NCBI GenBank assembly: GCA_965207375.1
Contig: OZ242274.1
Location: 1,632,001 to 1,696,000 of the forward strand
DNA from: Nitrosopumilaceae archaeon
GTDB lineage: Archaea; Thermoproteota; Nitrososphaeria; Nitrososphaerales; Nitrosopumilaceae
Direction of reading: 5' to 3'
Length of the DNA stretch: 64,000 nucleotides
A program made the position numbers and the translations under genes. This document shows positions 9,492 to 18,980 of the stretch, piece by piece (position 1 is the first letter of the stretch; each line of letters starts with the position of its first letter). Under the pieces are notes generated by a model. That model was not told where the DNA came from. It saw only the letters and a program-made list of their open reading frames with translations, and did not search any database.

Positions 9492-10855
9492 TAGACAGTA
9501 GCGCAACTACGACTTGGTCCAAATCTAACTCACTTGATCCAAGTCTGATTGACTTGTACTGTAAAGTTTACAGTCATTATGCTCTAGCCATGGCCTCCTG
9601 CGCTATGTCTAGCATTTTATTGTATGCAAATACCTTAAATGAAATCTCCCGAACTATGTTTTCCATCTTTACTGCCATTACAGCGCTTCCAAACATTCGC
9701 TTGAATGCCGAAAACATTATCTCAACTAGCCATCTTCTGCCGTATCCTACCTGTTTTTTCCACTTTTTCATATTTTCTGCACGTTGTGCATCAGTTAATG
9801 TTGCAAATGTATTGGCATGCACTCCTCCTCCAAGCTGTTCTAGTACAGCCTTTTTGCGCGCCCTGCCTCCCTTTCTACCACGTACCTTTGCAGCAGAGTT
9901 AGAAGCTACTGGTGATACCAGCTCGATTCCAAATAAATCACACATATCAAAGAACTTGCATTTTGAATACAGTCCATCACCTAACAGTCTGATATTTGGA
10001 TTATTGTCTTTGTCCTTTTCTTCCAAGCGAGTCTGAATTGTATCTGTTGAATCATATTCTTTATCCTGTTTTGTATCTTGTTTTTTTGTACCACTCTTTA
10101 CATTCTCCTGTTTTGTATCTAGTTTTTCTGTATCTTGTTTTTGTACCTGTACACCCAGATTTTCTAGTGCGGTTTCAATCATATTCTCTAGTCCCATTGC
10201 TTCTCCGGTACGCTCATCTGTAATCTCATAGGCAAGTATCTTCATGGTATCGTGATCAATTATTGTTGTAAATCTGATAAAACCACGCCTAACTTTGTGT
10301 TTGGCACGTATAAATTCTCCACGGGTACACGGCTCTAGGCCTGTACCGTCAGGTAGTATGCTGATTGTAACCTTGTTATTACCATTTTTTTTGAATGTCA
10401 TCTTTCCAAGCTTGTCTGTATCTAGTGCTAGAATGCGTGTGCGTATTTTTGTAAAATGTGGAACGTTGTCTTTACCAAGGGATTCTGCTGCTAATCCTTC
10501 AAGTACACGATATGACAATCCGCACATTGAACGTACTAGTGCTAGGGCAACAAACAACGAATCAGGATATTCATACGGATGTCCGTTTTTTTTCTTGTTC
10601 ATACTGCGTAACTCCTCTTGTATTTGTGGATCATCAAGACTTTTGTTGGTCAATGCAAGCTGTCTTCCACGTTCGATGTATCTTGCATCGTTTTGAGCAT
10701 GAGTAATTTTAGTTCCATCAGCTAGTTTAGGCACAAGCATACAAGTGATATCATGATCAAAAAGCACGTAATGTAAAAAATCCTGATGGATTAGTCTAAT
10801 ATGGGTCATTTCGTATGATTTTGAAGGATTTTAGGCAGGGTTGCGCTACTGTCTA
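9492..10855 (-). mobile_element. IS5-family element (ISH1/IS903-like)
   Basis: 16-bp perfect TIR TAGACAGTAGCGCAAC; 8-bp TSD AACAATTC at 9484-9491 and 10856-10863. Confidence 0.9.
9577..10809 (-). CDS. IS5-family DDE transposase
   Basis: DGTG, GDGLY, YGRRWLVEIMFSAFKRMFG. Confidence 0.88.
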   Translation of the reverse strand: MTHIRLIHQDFLHYVLFDHDITCMLVPKLADGTKITHAQNDARYIERGRQLALTNKSLDDPQIQEELRSMNKKKNGHPYEYPDSLFVALALVRSMCGLSYRVLEGLAAESLGKDNVPHFTKIRTRILALDTDKLGKMTFKKNGNNKVTISILPDGTGLEPCTRGEFIRAKHKVRRGFIRFTTIIDHDTMKILAYEITDERTGEAMGLENMIETALENLGVQVQKQDTEKLDTKQENVKSGTKKQDTKQDKEYDSTDTIQTRLEEKDKDNNPNIRLLGDGLYSKCKFFDMCDLFGIELVSPVASNSAAKVRGRKGGRARKKAVLEQLGGGVHANTFATLTDAQRAENMKKWKKQVGYGRRWLVEIMFSAFKRMFGSAVMAVKMENIVREISFKVFAYNKMLDIAQEAMARA

Positions 10856-12153
10856 AACAATTCTAATACTTTCTCATCTAATAATACCATTACACGCAAG
10901 ACAGAAAAATACGAATCAACAAAAAACTGTCTAGAAAAACCTAGAGAACAACCTGATCACAATAGTGTAACCCACAAGGTCAAAGTAGATGAAGAAAAAG
11001 ATCACGTCTTGTACACATGTATCAACTGTGGTTCTGAGGACATAGACTGCATATGTATCAAAATCATAACGATGACTGATCTTCAGTAGATGGAAATTCA
11101 CCCCTAACCTGCGCCACCTGCATCGTACGGCATTCCAACAATTCTGATATATTCTAAAGCACACACCATAACTGCACCGATCATCTGTCTCATTGTAATG
11201 TTTGACTGTGATACGTCATCATATCGCATCAATGTCCACATGTTGCGCATGAAAACGCAAATAAAAAACAGAAAAATCCGAAACAGATGATTGCGACTAC
11301 TGGTTCTAGGTCTGAATTGTTCTAGCTGTCTGTAGCCTGTCTCTATTCCCCACCTACGACGATACGCCTTTGGCAGCATCTCAATCTCTTTGATGGCACG
11401 CTCCTGTGATAAATTGGTGGCAAAGACTACATACTTTTCAATTATTTTAGCATCAGGATCATTATACTTTTTGGATTTTCTGATAACTAGTGTAAAGGTG
11501 AATTCTTGTCCATCTTTGTTTTTCATGGTATGAGACGACACTGCATCTGCTTTTCCTTCGTGGAATTTTATAATGCTATTTTTGATTATGGCGTTTTTTA
11601 CTGCTGGCATAAGAAACGTATAATGATTTTCGTAGTGATTTCATGACCTCTACTGAGAAAAATTCTCTATCTAGCAGCAAAAGGCGTGGATGAATCTTGT
11701 ATTTTTGCAGATTTTTGGCAAATCTATGCACGAAATCTACATCAGAATCGTCTTTGGTTATTGGAACACAATCCAGGGTAGGATTTTCATCTTTAGCTAC
11801 TATCTGCATGGTAGCATAAGCCTCAAATTTGGTGGTGCCCTTGTATGATTTGGACCGTATCAGATAAGCCAAACTGCCCTTGTCGTATCTTGGTATGAGA
11901 TGTTTGTCCATTGCAATCAGTGTGTCTGTTTTGTGAATTATTGTTTTTATTGCAGGTCGTGCTGTCTGGAGTATCATTTCATTGCAGACATGTTCTGTTT
12001 GATCAGAACTCATGCCATTTATCATGTTGCGTATCCATTTTCCACCTGGTGCATCTTTGTTAGTTTCAAAATCTGCAGCTACGGATTCTGCAGTGATACG
12101 AGAACGACTCATTTCAGTTAGCATTGTTGTAAAATTTACTAGTTTGTATTTTG

Positions 12154-13648
12154 GTACTTGTTCACGTGGTGTCTACAATTTCACCATTTGTTCAAATTTT
12201 GATCACCATCAGATCTAAATCATTCTGACTCACAAGTTGTATAATGAGTACCATCAACTGGAAAAGTGCATACAAAAAGGAACACCGAAAAGTCCTTCTT
12301 CTTGAATCTCTAGTATCAAGTTTACAAAAAATCATATTACAAAAAGATGACCTCCTACTACAAAAAGATAAAAAAATTCAAGAGCTTACCAAACGTGACA
12401 ACTATCATGACAATTCCAATACTCCTCCATCTAAGGATTCCATTACACGCAAGCAGGACCGCAAAATACGTGCAGAGAACAAAAAATCTACTGGAAAAAA
12501 ACAGGGAGGACAACCTGGTCGCACAGGTGTAGCCCGCAAGGTCAAAGTAGATGAAGAAAAAGAGCACAAATTAGACACGTGTACCAAGTGTGGTTCTCAA
12601 GACATACACCATACAGACACCAAAATCAGGATAATAACTGATATTGTGAAAACTCCTCCTCCACATACTTGCAAGCACAAGATTCATGGGTATCATTGCA
12701 ACTGCTGTGGAGCTACTGACATTACACCCGAGGTTGACATTCCAAAAAAGGGTCAGTTTGGAAATGAAGTGATAAAGGAGATAATGGATAATCACATACA
12801 TCGCATGCCGGTACGTATGAACAAGGAGGCCATGAAAAGACGTGGAATCGAAATATCTGAAGGAGGTATTCAAAACATCATAGATACAGTCTCTGATGCG
12901 TTATTTGTGCCTGCAAATGAGATAAAAGAAAAGATACAGGAAGCCGAGATTCTGATAGCAGATGAGACATCAGAGCGACTGCATGGAAAGACTATATGGT
13001 TGTGGACGTTTCATAATCCAATTACAAGTGAGAATTTCTATATAATTAATCCCAGCAGAGGAGCAGACGTACTCAAGGAAATAATAGGTGACTCACAAGA
13101 TATAATCATTACCTGTGACGGATGGCCTCCATACCGCAGATATATCATCCAGAGATGTAACGCGCACCTAATACGTGAAATCAAAACAATATCACAAAAG
13201 AATCCAGATTCTAAAATTGCAAAAAATACACTACAATGCCTACAAAAGATATACCATGACGGCAAACATGTCCTAGACAAACCACCTGATTACAGAGAAT
13301 CATATGCTGTACAATTGGAAAAAAGAACACGTAACCTTGTCAAAAGGTATGCCAATGATGAAATTGTGGGTAAATTTGTAGCAAAACTGTCACGGGCCAT
13401 ACCTGACATGTTTCGGTTTGTCATAGACCCTCGTATACCATCTACAAGCAATCTTGCAGAGCAGAGCCTGCGTGAGTATGTCGTGTGCAGGAGAATACGT
13501 GGATGTCTCAGATCTGAAAAAAGTATGGAGCGTAGAGGCAATCTGTATACGTGTGTTACTACCTGGAAGAATCTGGGACAGGATTATCTAGCAGAGCTGG
13601 TTCGGTACATTTAGGGCCAAAAATGCTCAAAAATAGGTGAACAAGTAC
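12154..13648 (+). mobile_element. IS66-family element (single-ORF, ISBst12-like)
   Basis: 12-bp TIR GTACTTGTTCAC / GTGAACAAGTAC; 8-bp TSD GTATTTTG at 12146-12153 and 13649-13656. Confidence 0.9.
12244..13614 (+). CDS. IS66-family transposase
   Basis: NSNTPPS, GGQPG, CxxC Zn finger, ADET, QRCNAHLIR, NLAEQSLR. Confidence 0.92.
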   Translation: MSTINWKSAYKKEHRKVLLLESLVSSLQKIILQKDDLLLQKDKKIQELTKRDNYHDNSNTPPSKDSITRKQDRKIRAENKKSTGKKQGGQPGRTGVARKVKVDEEKEHKLDTCTKCGSQDIHHTDTKIRIITDIVKTPPPHTCKHKIHGYHCNCCGATDITPEVDIPKKGQFGNEVIKEIMDNHIHRMPVRMNKEAMKRRGIEISEGGIQNIIDTVSDALFVPANEIKEKIQEAEILIADETSERLHGKTIWLWTFHNPITSENFYIINPSRGADVLKEIIGDSQDIIITCDGWPPYRRYIIQRCNAHLIREIKTISQKNPDSKIAKNTLQCLQKIYHDGKHVLDKPPDYRESYAVQLEKRTRNLVKRYANDEIVGKFVAKLSRAIPDMFRFVIDPRIPSTSNLAEQSLREYVVCRRIRGCLRSEKSMERRGNLYTCVTTWKNLGQDYLAELVRYI

Positions 13649-14165
13649 GTATTTTGTATTGTCTGCTGTGCCAAATTGTATACCTGCAGTTCCAAGTGTG
13701 TTTGAGAAGATATTAAAGATCCTTGTCCCAATCTCTCTTCGGTGTGTTTGCCCACTTTTTTGTTGACGCACTAAAGTGGGTAGGCTCACCATTCTTTTAG
13801 ATCCATAGATCAAAAATAATTCAATTTTCTGTCAAAATATGTCGATTTTTCACTTTTTTGATAGGTTTTTCCATCTACTGATCTTATAGTATCTCCTCTT
13901 CGTACTAGACACAAGATTCAGGAATATCATTATATCAACTGTGGTTATATCTACATTGCACCAAATGTTGAGATTCCAAAGTGGAATCATTTTGGATATG
14001 ATACGATAGAAAAAATAATGAAAAACCACATACTGCATGACTGTAAAGGCAATAACGTTTGCAAAAGCGCTATAGTTTGAAAAGGATTATGCAGTACATG
14101 TCAAAGAATGCAAAGACCCTAGCAGTGCGTGATTCTATCTAGTTTGAATATTTGTATCAATTATT

Positions 14166-14906
14166 TCACAGGAATGCAGATAGTTTCCCAGAAGATAAAA
14201 GTCCGTGAATTATTATTGTCCCTATAATTACAGTTATGGTTCCAGTCATAATTTGCAGACCTTTTCTTAACTTGGTAACTCTAGACACAAGGCGGAGTGG
14301 AACAGACAATGTACTGCTTGCCACCATCATACCGATTATAGATCCTAATCCAAACACCAACACAAACGAAAACACACCGTACATGTCACCTAGTGTCACC
14401 GCACTCACTGCAATCAGGCTTCCGCTTCCTGCTAGGCCGTGAATACATCCTATTAGATAGGACTTGTGAGTGTGTGAGTGACTGTCTCCGTGTCTATGTG
14501 GATGAGTGTGAATTGGACCGTTTTCATGTACATGGGGATGCGAATGCCCCAGATGGATTTTCTTTTTGTACATCGATATCCCCAATGCCACCAGCATCAC
14601 TCCGACTGCAAGCTCAAATCCATCAAATATGACAGATGGAATTTTAAATGCAAGTACAAAGACCAAAAAGCTGACCAGAAGGATCATGGAGGTATGACCG
14701 AATCCCCATATGGCTCCCAGAAGGGAGTTTCTCAGTGTCGCCAGTCTAAAGGACACAGGTGCTTTCTTTCCTTTACTATTTTGCATCTGTATCATCACTG
14801 CACTGATGTGATCTGGTTCAAAGGCATGCAAGAGGCCTACTAAGAATCCAGCTGAAAGCAAAAGACCTGTGCTGTTACCCAGCTGGCCGAGTGTTTCTAG
14901 AAACAT
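14166..14906 (-). CDS. Nickel/cobalt permease (NiCoT-related, UreH/SodT-like)
   Basis: LHAFEPDH motif, GHT, His-rich loop HSHPHVH...HTH, HGLAGSG, multiple TMs. Confidence 0.85.
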   Translation of the reverse strand: MFLETLGQLGNSTGLLLSAGFLVGLLHAFEPDHISAVMIQMQNSKGKKAPVSFRLATLRNSLLGAIWGFGHTSMILLVSFLVFVLAFKIPSVIFDGFELAVGVMLVALGISMYKKKIHLGHSHPHVHENGPIHTHPHRHGDSHSHTHKSYLIGCIHGLAGSGSLIAVSAVTLGDMYGVFSFVLVFGLGSIIGMMVASSTLSVPLRLVSRVTKLRKGLQIMTGTITVIIGTIIIHGLLSSGKLSAFL

Positions 14907-15295
14907 CAGAATCCTCGCACGGAAGAACGCAACGCAATGTCCCGTACAGGTATCGGCCTGTACAGTGAAACAGTGTATTTTTTATCCAAAATCACCTCAA
15001 AATCTAGCCTCTGAAGCATCTCTGGAACTCCAATCATTACCTGCCCTGCAGATAAAATTGACGATGCATCTTGTCTTGTCCTGTTTGCGGTTTTTCCCTC
15101 CATAATATATGAAACAACAAAACCTGCAAACAGCAATAGCGTTTCATTGATGTTTATTTTTTGCTGTAGAGTCTGCATTTTTTGTATTTTTTCACATGAT
15201 GCAATAAATATCTCATCGTCTGGTTTTTGAAACCGGAACCTTTTTTTGTACGGCAAGATATCTGGCTCCCCGTGGATTGTTATTGTAATTTGCAT
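14906..15295 (-). CDS. Urease gamma-subunit-like protein (stand-alone)
   Basis: ININETLLL...EGKT...ILSAGQVMIGVPEML resembles UreA LNYPEA...GK...L...QVMEGVPEM. Confidence 0.7.
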   Translation of the reverse strand: MQITITIHGEPDILPYKKRFRFQKPDDEIFIASCEKIQKMQTLQQKININETLLLFAGFVVSYIMEGKTANRTRQDASSILSAGQVMIGVPEMLQRLDFEVILDKKYTVSLYRPIPVRDIALRSSVRGF

Positions 15296-16411
15296 CTAAT
15301 CTCTCTTTGGTATCTCTGCCTTGGGATTGCCAAAATTATACGTGTTGCCAGTTCCCCGATAGTCGTGCGGCCGTACAGGACTTCCACCATCCAAGCCGCG
15401 CTTTGTAAGGGATAGGCCAGCAAGCAGTTCTACCACGAGTCTCTGTCCTAGGCCCGATGTTATGCCTCCATTGTAAGAGCTGTTGTCACTTACGTCATAG
15501 GCAGGCGATATCTCTACTAGGTCCATTGCAAACCTGTCGGGATCAAATGATTTGGATAACAGTCGAATCATCCTGATTCCTTCTCTTGATGTAAGGCCGT
15601 TTGGTTCGGGCTCTCCGGTTCCAGGTGCATATGCTGGGTCAAAGGAATCAATGTCCCAGCTGAGATAAACTGCGTCTGTGCCGTCGTTTGCCCTGTCTGC
15701 AATCTCCTTTGCAATGTAATCAATTCCTAATTCTTCTACATCTAGCATTGTAAACCATTGAAAGTCCTGGTCTGCCATCCATTTGTACAGGTCAGGACCA
15801 GGCCAATATCCCCTTGGTCCTACAAGGGAATAGTTCTTTCCCTTTAGGCAGCCCATCTCCATTATCCTCCGTATGTGTGCACCATGATCATATTTGTAGC
15901 CGGTCAGGCCTTGCGGTGCACAGTCTGCATGTGTATCAAAATGAATCATTCCAATGTTTTTGAATTTTTTGGCAAAAGCACGAACGTTTGCATATGTAAT
16001 GGAATGATCTCCCCCAAGCATGACTGGAATTCCATCCTGCTCAAGAACCTCCTTTACCTTTAAGGTCATTCTCTTGTGTGACTCTATTACGTCTCCTGGA
16101 GAAACCAAAACGTCCCCGTAATCCACAGTTCTAAAGGTGCCAAACGGATCAGCACCGGTCTCTATGTTGAATCTCTCATATGGTGGGGACGGAACAGTGG
16201 AGGCAGCCCTGATTGCACGTGGACCATACCTTGCACCCGGACGGATTGTAGTTCCAAAATCAAAAGGCTCTCCAATTATTGCAACGTCTGGTTTTACCTC
16301 TTTTAACTCCTTATGGGACTTGATCCAAGGTAGGTGAAGAAAGGTGTTGATTCCAACAAATGGAGCCACATCTGCCCCTCGATAGTCATCACCGTAAAAC
16401 TCCATTCCCAT
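15296..16411 (-). CDS. Ureohydrolase (agmatinase/guanidino-amidinohydrolase family)
   Basis: RPGARYGPRAIR, GGDHS, FDTHAD, WDIDSFDP, PGTG, DLVEISP. Confidence 0.92.
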   Translation of the reverse strand: MGMEFYGDDYRGADVAPFVGINTFLHLPWIKSHKELKEVKPDVAIIGEPFDFGTTIRPGARYGPRAIRAASTVPSPPYERFNIETGADPFGTFRTVDYGDVLVSPGDVIESHKRMTLKVKEVLEQDGIPVMLGGDHSITYANVRAFAKKFKNIGMIHFDTHADCAPQGLTGYKYDHGAHIRRIMEMGCLKGKNYSLVGPRGYWPGPDLYKWMADQDFQWFTMLDVEELGIDYIAKEIADRANDGTDAVYLSWDIDSFDPAYAPGTGEPEPNGLTSREGIRMIRLLSKSFDPDRFAMDLVEISPAYDVSDNSSYNGGITSGLGQRLVVELLAGLSLTKRGLDGGSPVRPHDYRGTGNTYNFGNPKAEIPKRD

Positions 16412-16529
16412 AATGATTCAAAAAATACTGACAGATTTCAATAAATAAAGATTCTAGGTAAACTACGTTTAAGCCTGCACACCACATAGAATGGATCTAA
16501 TTATAAACCAAATTAACCATGACTAATTT

Positions 16530-17741
16530 GTGTTTTCCAAGACCAAAAACGAGTGGAGCATAATCAACAAGGGACTCTACTGGGAGCGCTATAATGAATT
16601 CAAAAAGGCAATACGACAGTTTGACAAGGCGTTGCAGGTAGACCCGCAAAATATAGTTGCAAATACACATAAAGGAAATTCACTATACGAGTTAAACCAA
16701 TTTGTCGAGGCTCTGAAATGTTTTGAACTGATTTTGAGCACTGATCCAAAAAACATAACTGCCCTGCACAGCAAGGGACTGTGCTTAGAAAAGCTTGGCA
16801 GGTATAGGGAGGCAGTCTCGTCCTTTTGCAAAGTACTGGCAGTAGATCACAACTATTTAGATTCAAAGACATGCATGGCAGATTGCAAAAGCAGTATGGG
16901 CATGCACAGTGAGGCCATTGAGATTCTAAATGACGTACTAGAATATGATCCAAAAAATGTCTGGGCCATGTACAGCAAGGGCAGGATTCTTGGCAGGATG
17001 GGACAAAAACACAAGTCCATGACGTATTTCAGCAAGGCCGCATGGGAAGAGTCGATACAGTCAAAGAAATGCTATGAAACAGGCAAGCAATTGACTGACA
17101 GTGGCAAGCACGAGGAGGCAATAAAATGGTATTCCAAGGCCCTCAAGTACGATTCAAATAATTTGGATGCTCTAGTTGCCAAGGGTTGGACGCTGGATCT
17201 GGCGGGATTTTCGACAAAAGATGTCTTTCCATTCTTTGACAAGGCACTTGAGATTGACCCAGAGTTCACTCATGCATGGCTAAACAAGGGATTTGTCTTT
17301 GATCGTATTGGAATGTTTTCAAAAGCCACAGAATGCTTTGAAAACATCCTCAAGTACGATCCCAAAAATGTCAGGGCACTGTACAGCAAGGCAGTATCTT
17401 TGTTTTCATTAAAACAGTATAGTGCTGCTGTCTTTTTTTGCCAAGAAGCCATAAGAATCGAACCGTCTAACACCAAGGCATTATGTAGCATGGTGTGGAT
17501 CTTAGAACACAAGAAAAAATATGATGAGGCTCTCAAATATTGCGACCTAGCACTCAAATGCAATCCTCAATATGTCTATGCAATAAGTTACAAGGGAAAA
17601 ATTTTATTTTCAATGAAAAAATATGATGAGGCTCTCAAATATTATGAAAAGGCACTACAGTTAGATCCAAAAAACCAGACCGCAATATATTACAAAAACC
17701 AGACGCTTGAAAAACTTGAGAAAAGCAAAAAACAAATCTGA
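16530..17741 (+). CDS. TPR-repeat protein
   Basis: About ten 34-aa repeats (A...KG..L..L..Y.EA...Y.KAL..DP). Confidence 0.9.
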   Translation: MFSKTKNEWSIINKGLYWERYNEFKKAIRQFDKALQVDPQNIVANTHKGNSLYELNQFVEALKCFELILSTDPKNITALHSKGLCLEKLGRYREAVSSFCKVLAVDHNYLDSKTCMADCKSSMGMHSEAIEILNDVLEYDPKNVWAMYSKGRILGRMGQKHKSMTYFSKAAWEESIQSKKCYETGKQLTDSGKHEEAIKWYSKALKYDSNNLDALVAKGWTLDLAGFSTKDVFPFFDKALEIDPEFTHAWLNKGFVFDRIGMFSKATECFENILKYDPKNVRALYSKAVSLFSLKQYSAAVFFCQEAIRIEPSNTKALCSMVWILEHKKKYDEALKYCDLALKCNPQYVYAISYKGKILFSMKKYDEALKYYEKALQLDPKNQTAIYYKNQTLEKLEKSKKQI

Positions 17742-17825
17742 GAAAAACAGTCAGGTTATTCGTATTCTACGTTTCAAAACAAAACAGTACAAAATTCTTA
17801 TATCCTACAATTTGGTATCTAAACC

Positions 17826-18077
17826 ATGGTCACAGTAGCTACACCTGAGGATATAGAAAGGGAGGCAAGTAGAGTTATTAATTCACTGTACGGTCAAGTG
17901 TCTGACTTTAGGGTAAACACAACCTTTCAAATGCCAGAAAAGGGACCAAGGGAAGCTTGGGATGTTCAAGTAAACTTTATGCTAGACGGGCTCAAATATA
18001 CAGTAGATCTTGAGATACAAGAAAGCAACGGCCATGTAACCAATGCAAGATTGATTGACACCATGACGCCCCTCTAA
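17826..18077 (+). CDS. Small hypothetical protein (PepSY-like beta pattern)
   Basis: 83 aa ORF with upstream TATA-like element. Confidence 0.6.
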   Translation: MVTVATPEDIEREASRVINSLYGQVSDFRVNTTFQMPEKGPREAWDVQVNFMLDGLKYTVDLEIQESNGHVTNARLIDTMTPL

Positions 18078-18095
18078 TCTTTATCAGGTATGCAA

Positions 18096-18614
18096 CTAGA
18101 CTGTCAGTATTTCTTTTGCCGCCTTAATCTTTTGAAGCAGTTCGTTTATGTGATTGTCTGCAAATCTTTCAAAAGATATGCGCTCAACCCTAGTCTTTAG
18201 CTTGCAGTGTCTCTGATATTCCTTTTGAAGCCAGTTAAAGTCAGATTCCTTTAACCTGATTACATTTCGTTGTGAATTGAACTTGGATTCAAAGAGGTTG
18301 GCAAGAAAATACCCTATAAAGTGCGCAAAGCATTTTATCTTGTATTTTTTCTCATACTCTTCTGTAAGCTGCATGTGGTTTTGTTGTAGCCAGTTTTTTA
18401 CGTCAGAACGAACAGTCAACGTATTGTATCTTCCCGTCAAGTCGACTGTAATCTTGTGGGTTTCCACCGAATATCTTCCAAGGTTTACCTCGTTCATCAA
18501 AATTATCAGGGTGCTTGGAAGAAACATTCCTGGATAAAATGTGTTGGTCATACTCTCTAGCAGGGACAACACGCTTGGTTTTAATCCAATTGTAGAGTAA
18601 CCCTCACCCGGCAT
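18096..18614 (-). CDS. Hypothetical protein
   Basis: 172 aa ORF. Confidence 0.6.
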   Translation of the reverse strand: MPGEGYSTIGLKPSVLSLLESMTNTFYPGMFLPSTLIILMNEVNLGRYSVETHKITVDLTGRYNTLTVRSDVKNWLQQNHMQLTEEYEKKYKIKCFAHFIGYFLANLFESKFNSQRNVIRLKESDFNWLQKEYQRHCKLKTRVERISFERFADNHINELLQKIKAAKEILTV

Positions 18615-18980
18615 GGTTTAATTGTGTTACTCTATGTTATATGATTTGTGTCATACCCAGCTAAACGAAATGTGACTCAAATGCTTACCATATCACTATT
18701 GTTCTCTGCATTTTGAGGTACCTAGTTTTGTGTCGGGTAAACTTTTACACATCGCTATATAATCATGAACAATAAATTTTCAAAACAAACATTGTTTATA
18801 ATTTACAATCTTTTATCTAAGATTCAGCATTTTAGTTAAATGTTATTGATTCTGTAACAATCATTAAATAGCATTTTTTCTAACACAATATAGCTAGAAA
18901 ATCTATGATCGGTAAAGACACAGAGTTTGGAATTTTATGCATCATGTTACATCCTAGTATTTTTACATGTGGTGATATAA

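Larger units (their letters stand above)
11104..13813 (-). pseudogene. ISH3-type transposase pseudogene (pieces ~13650-13813, 11576-12150, 11104-11610)
   Basis: AMDKH, LLDREFF, YRRRWGIETGY; frameshift near 11615-11640 plus the IS66 insertion. Confidence 0.85.
11084..13880 (-). mobile_element. ISH3-family (IS4-like) element interrupted by an IS66 element
   Basis: TIR CAGTAGATGGAAA (11084-11096) / TTTCCATCTACTG (13868-13880); 5-bp TSD ATCTT. Confidence 0.85.
9370..14045 (+). pseudogene. Degenerate IS66-like transposase remnant in three pieces (~9370-9491, 10856-11083, 13881-14045)
   Basis: Pieces align by eye to consecutive parts of the intact 12244..13614 gene (e.g. AAGGTCAAAGTAGATGAAGAAAAAGA); outer limits approximate. 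Confidence 0.7.
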
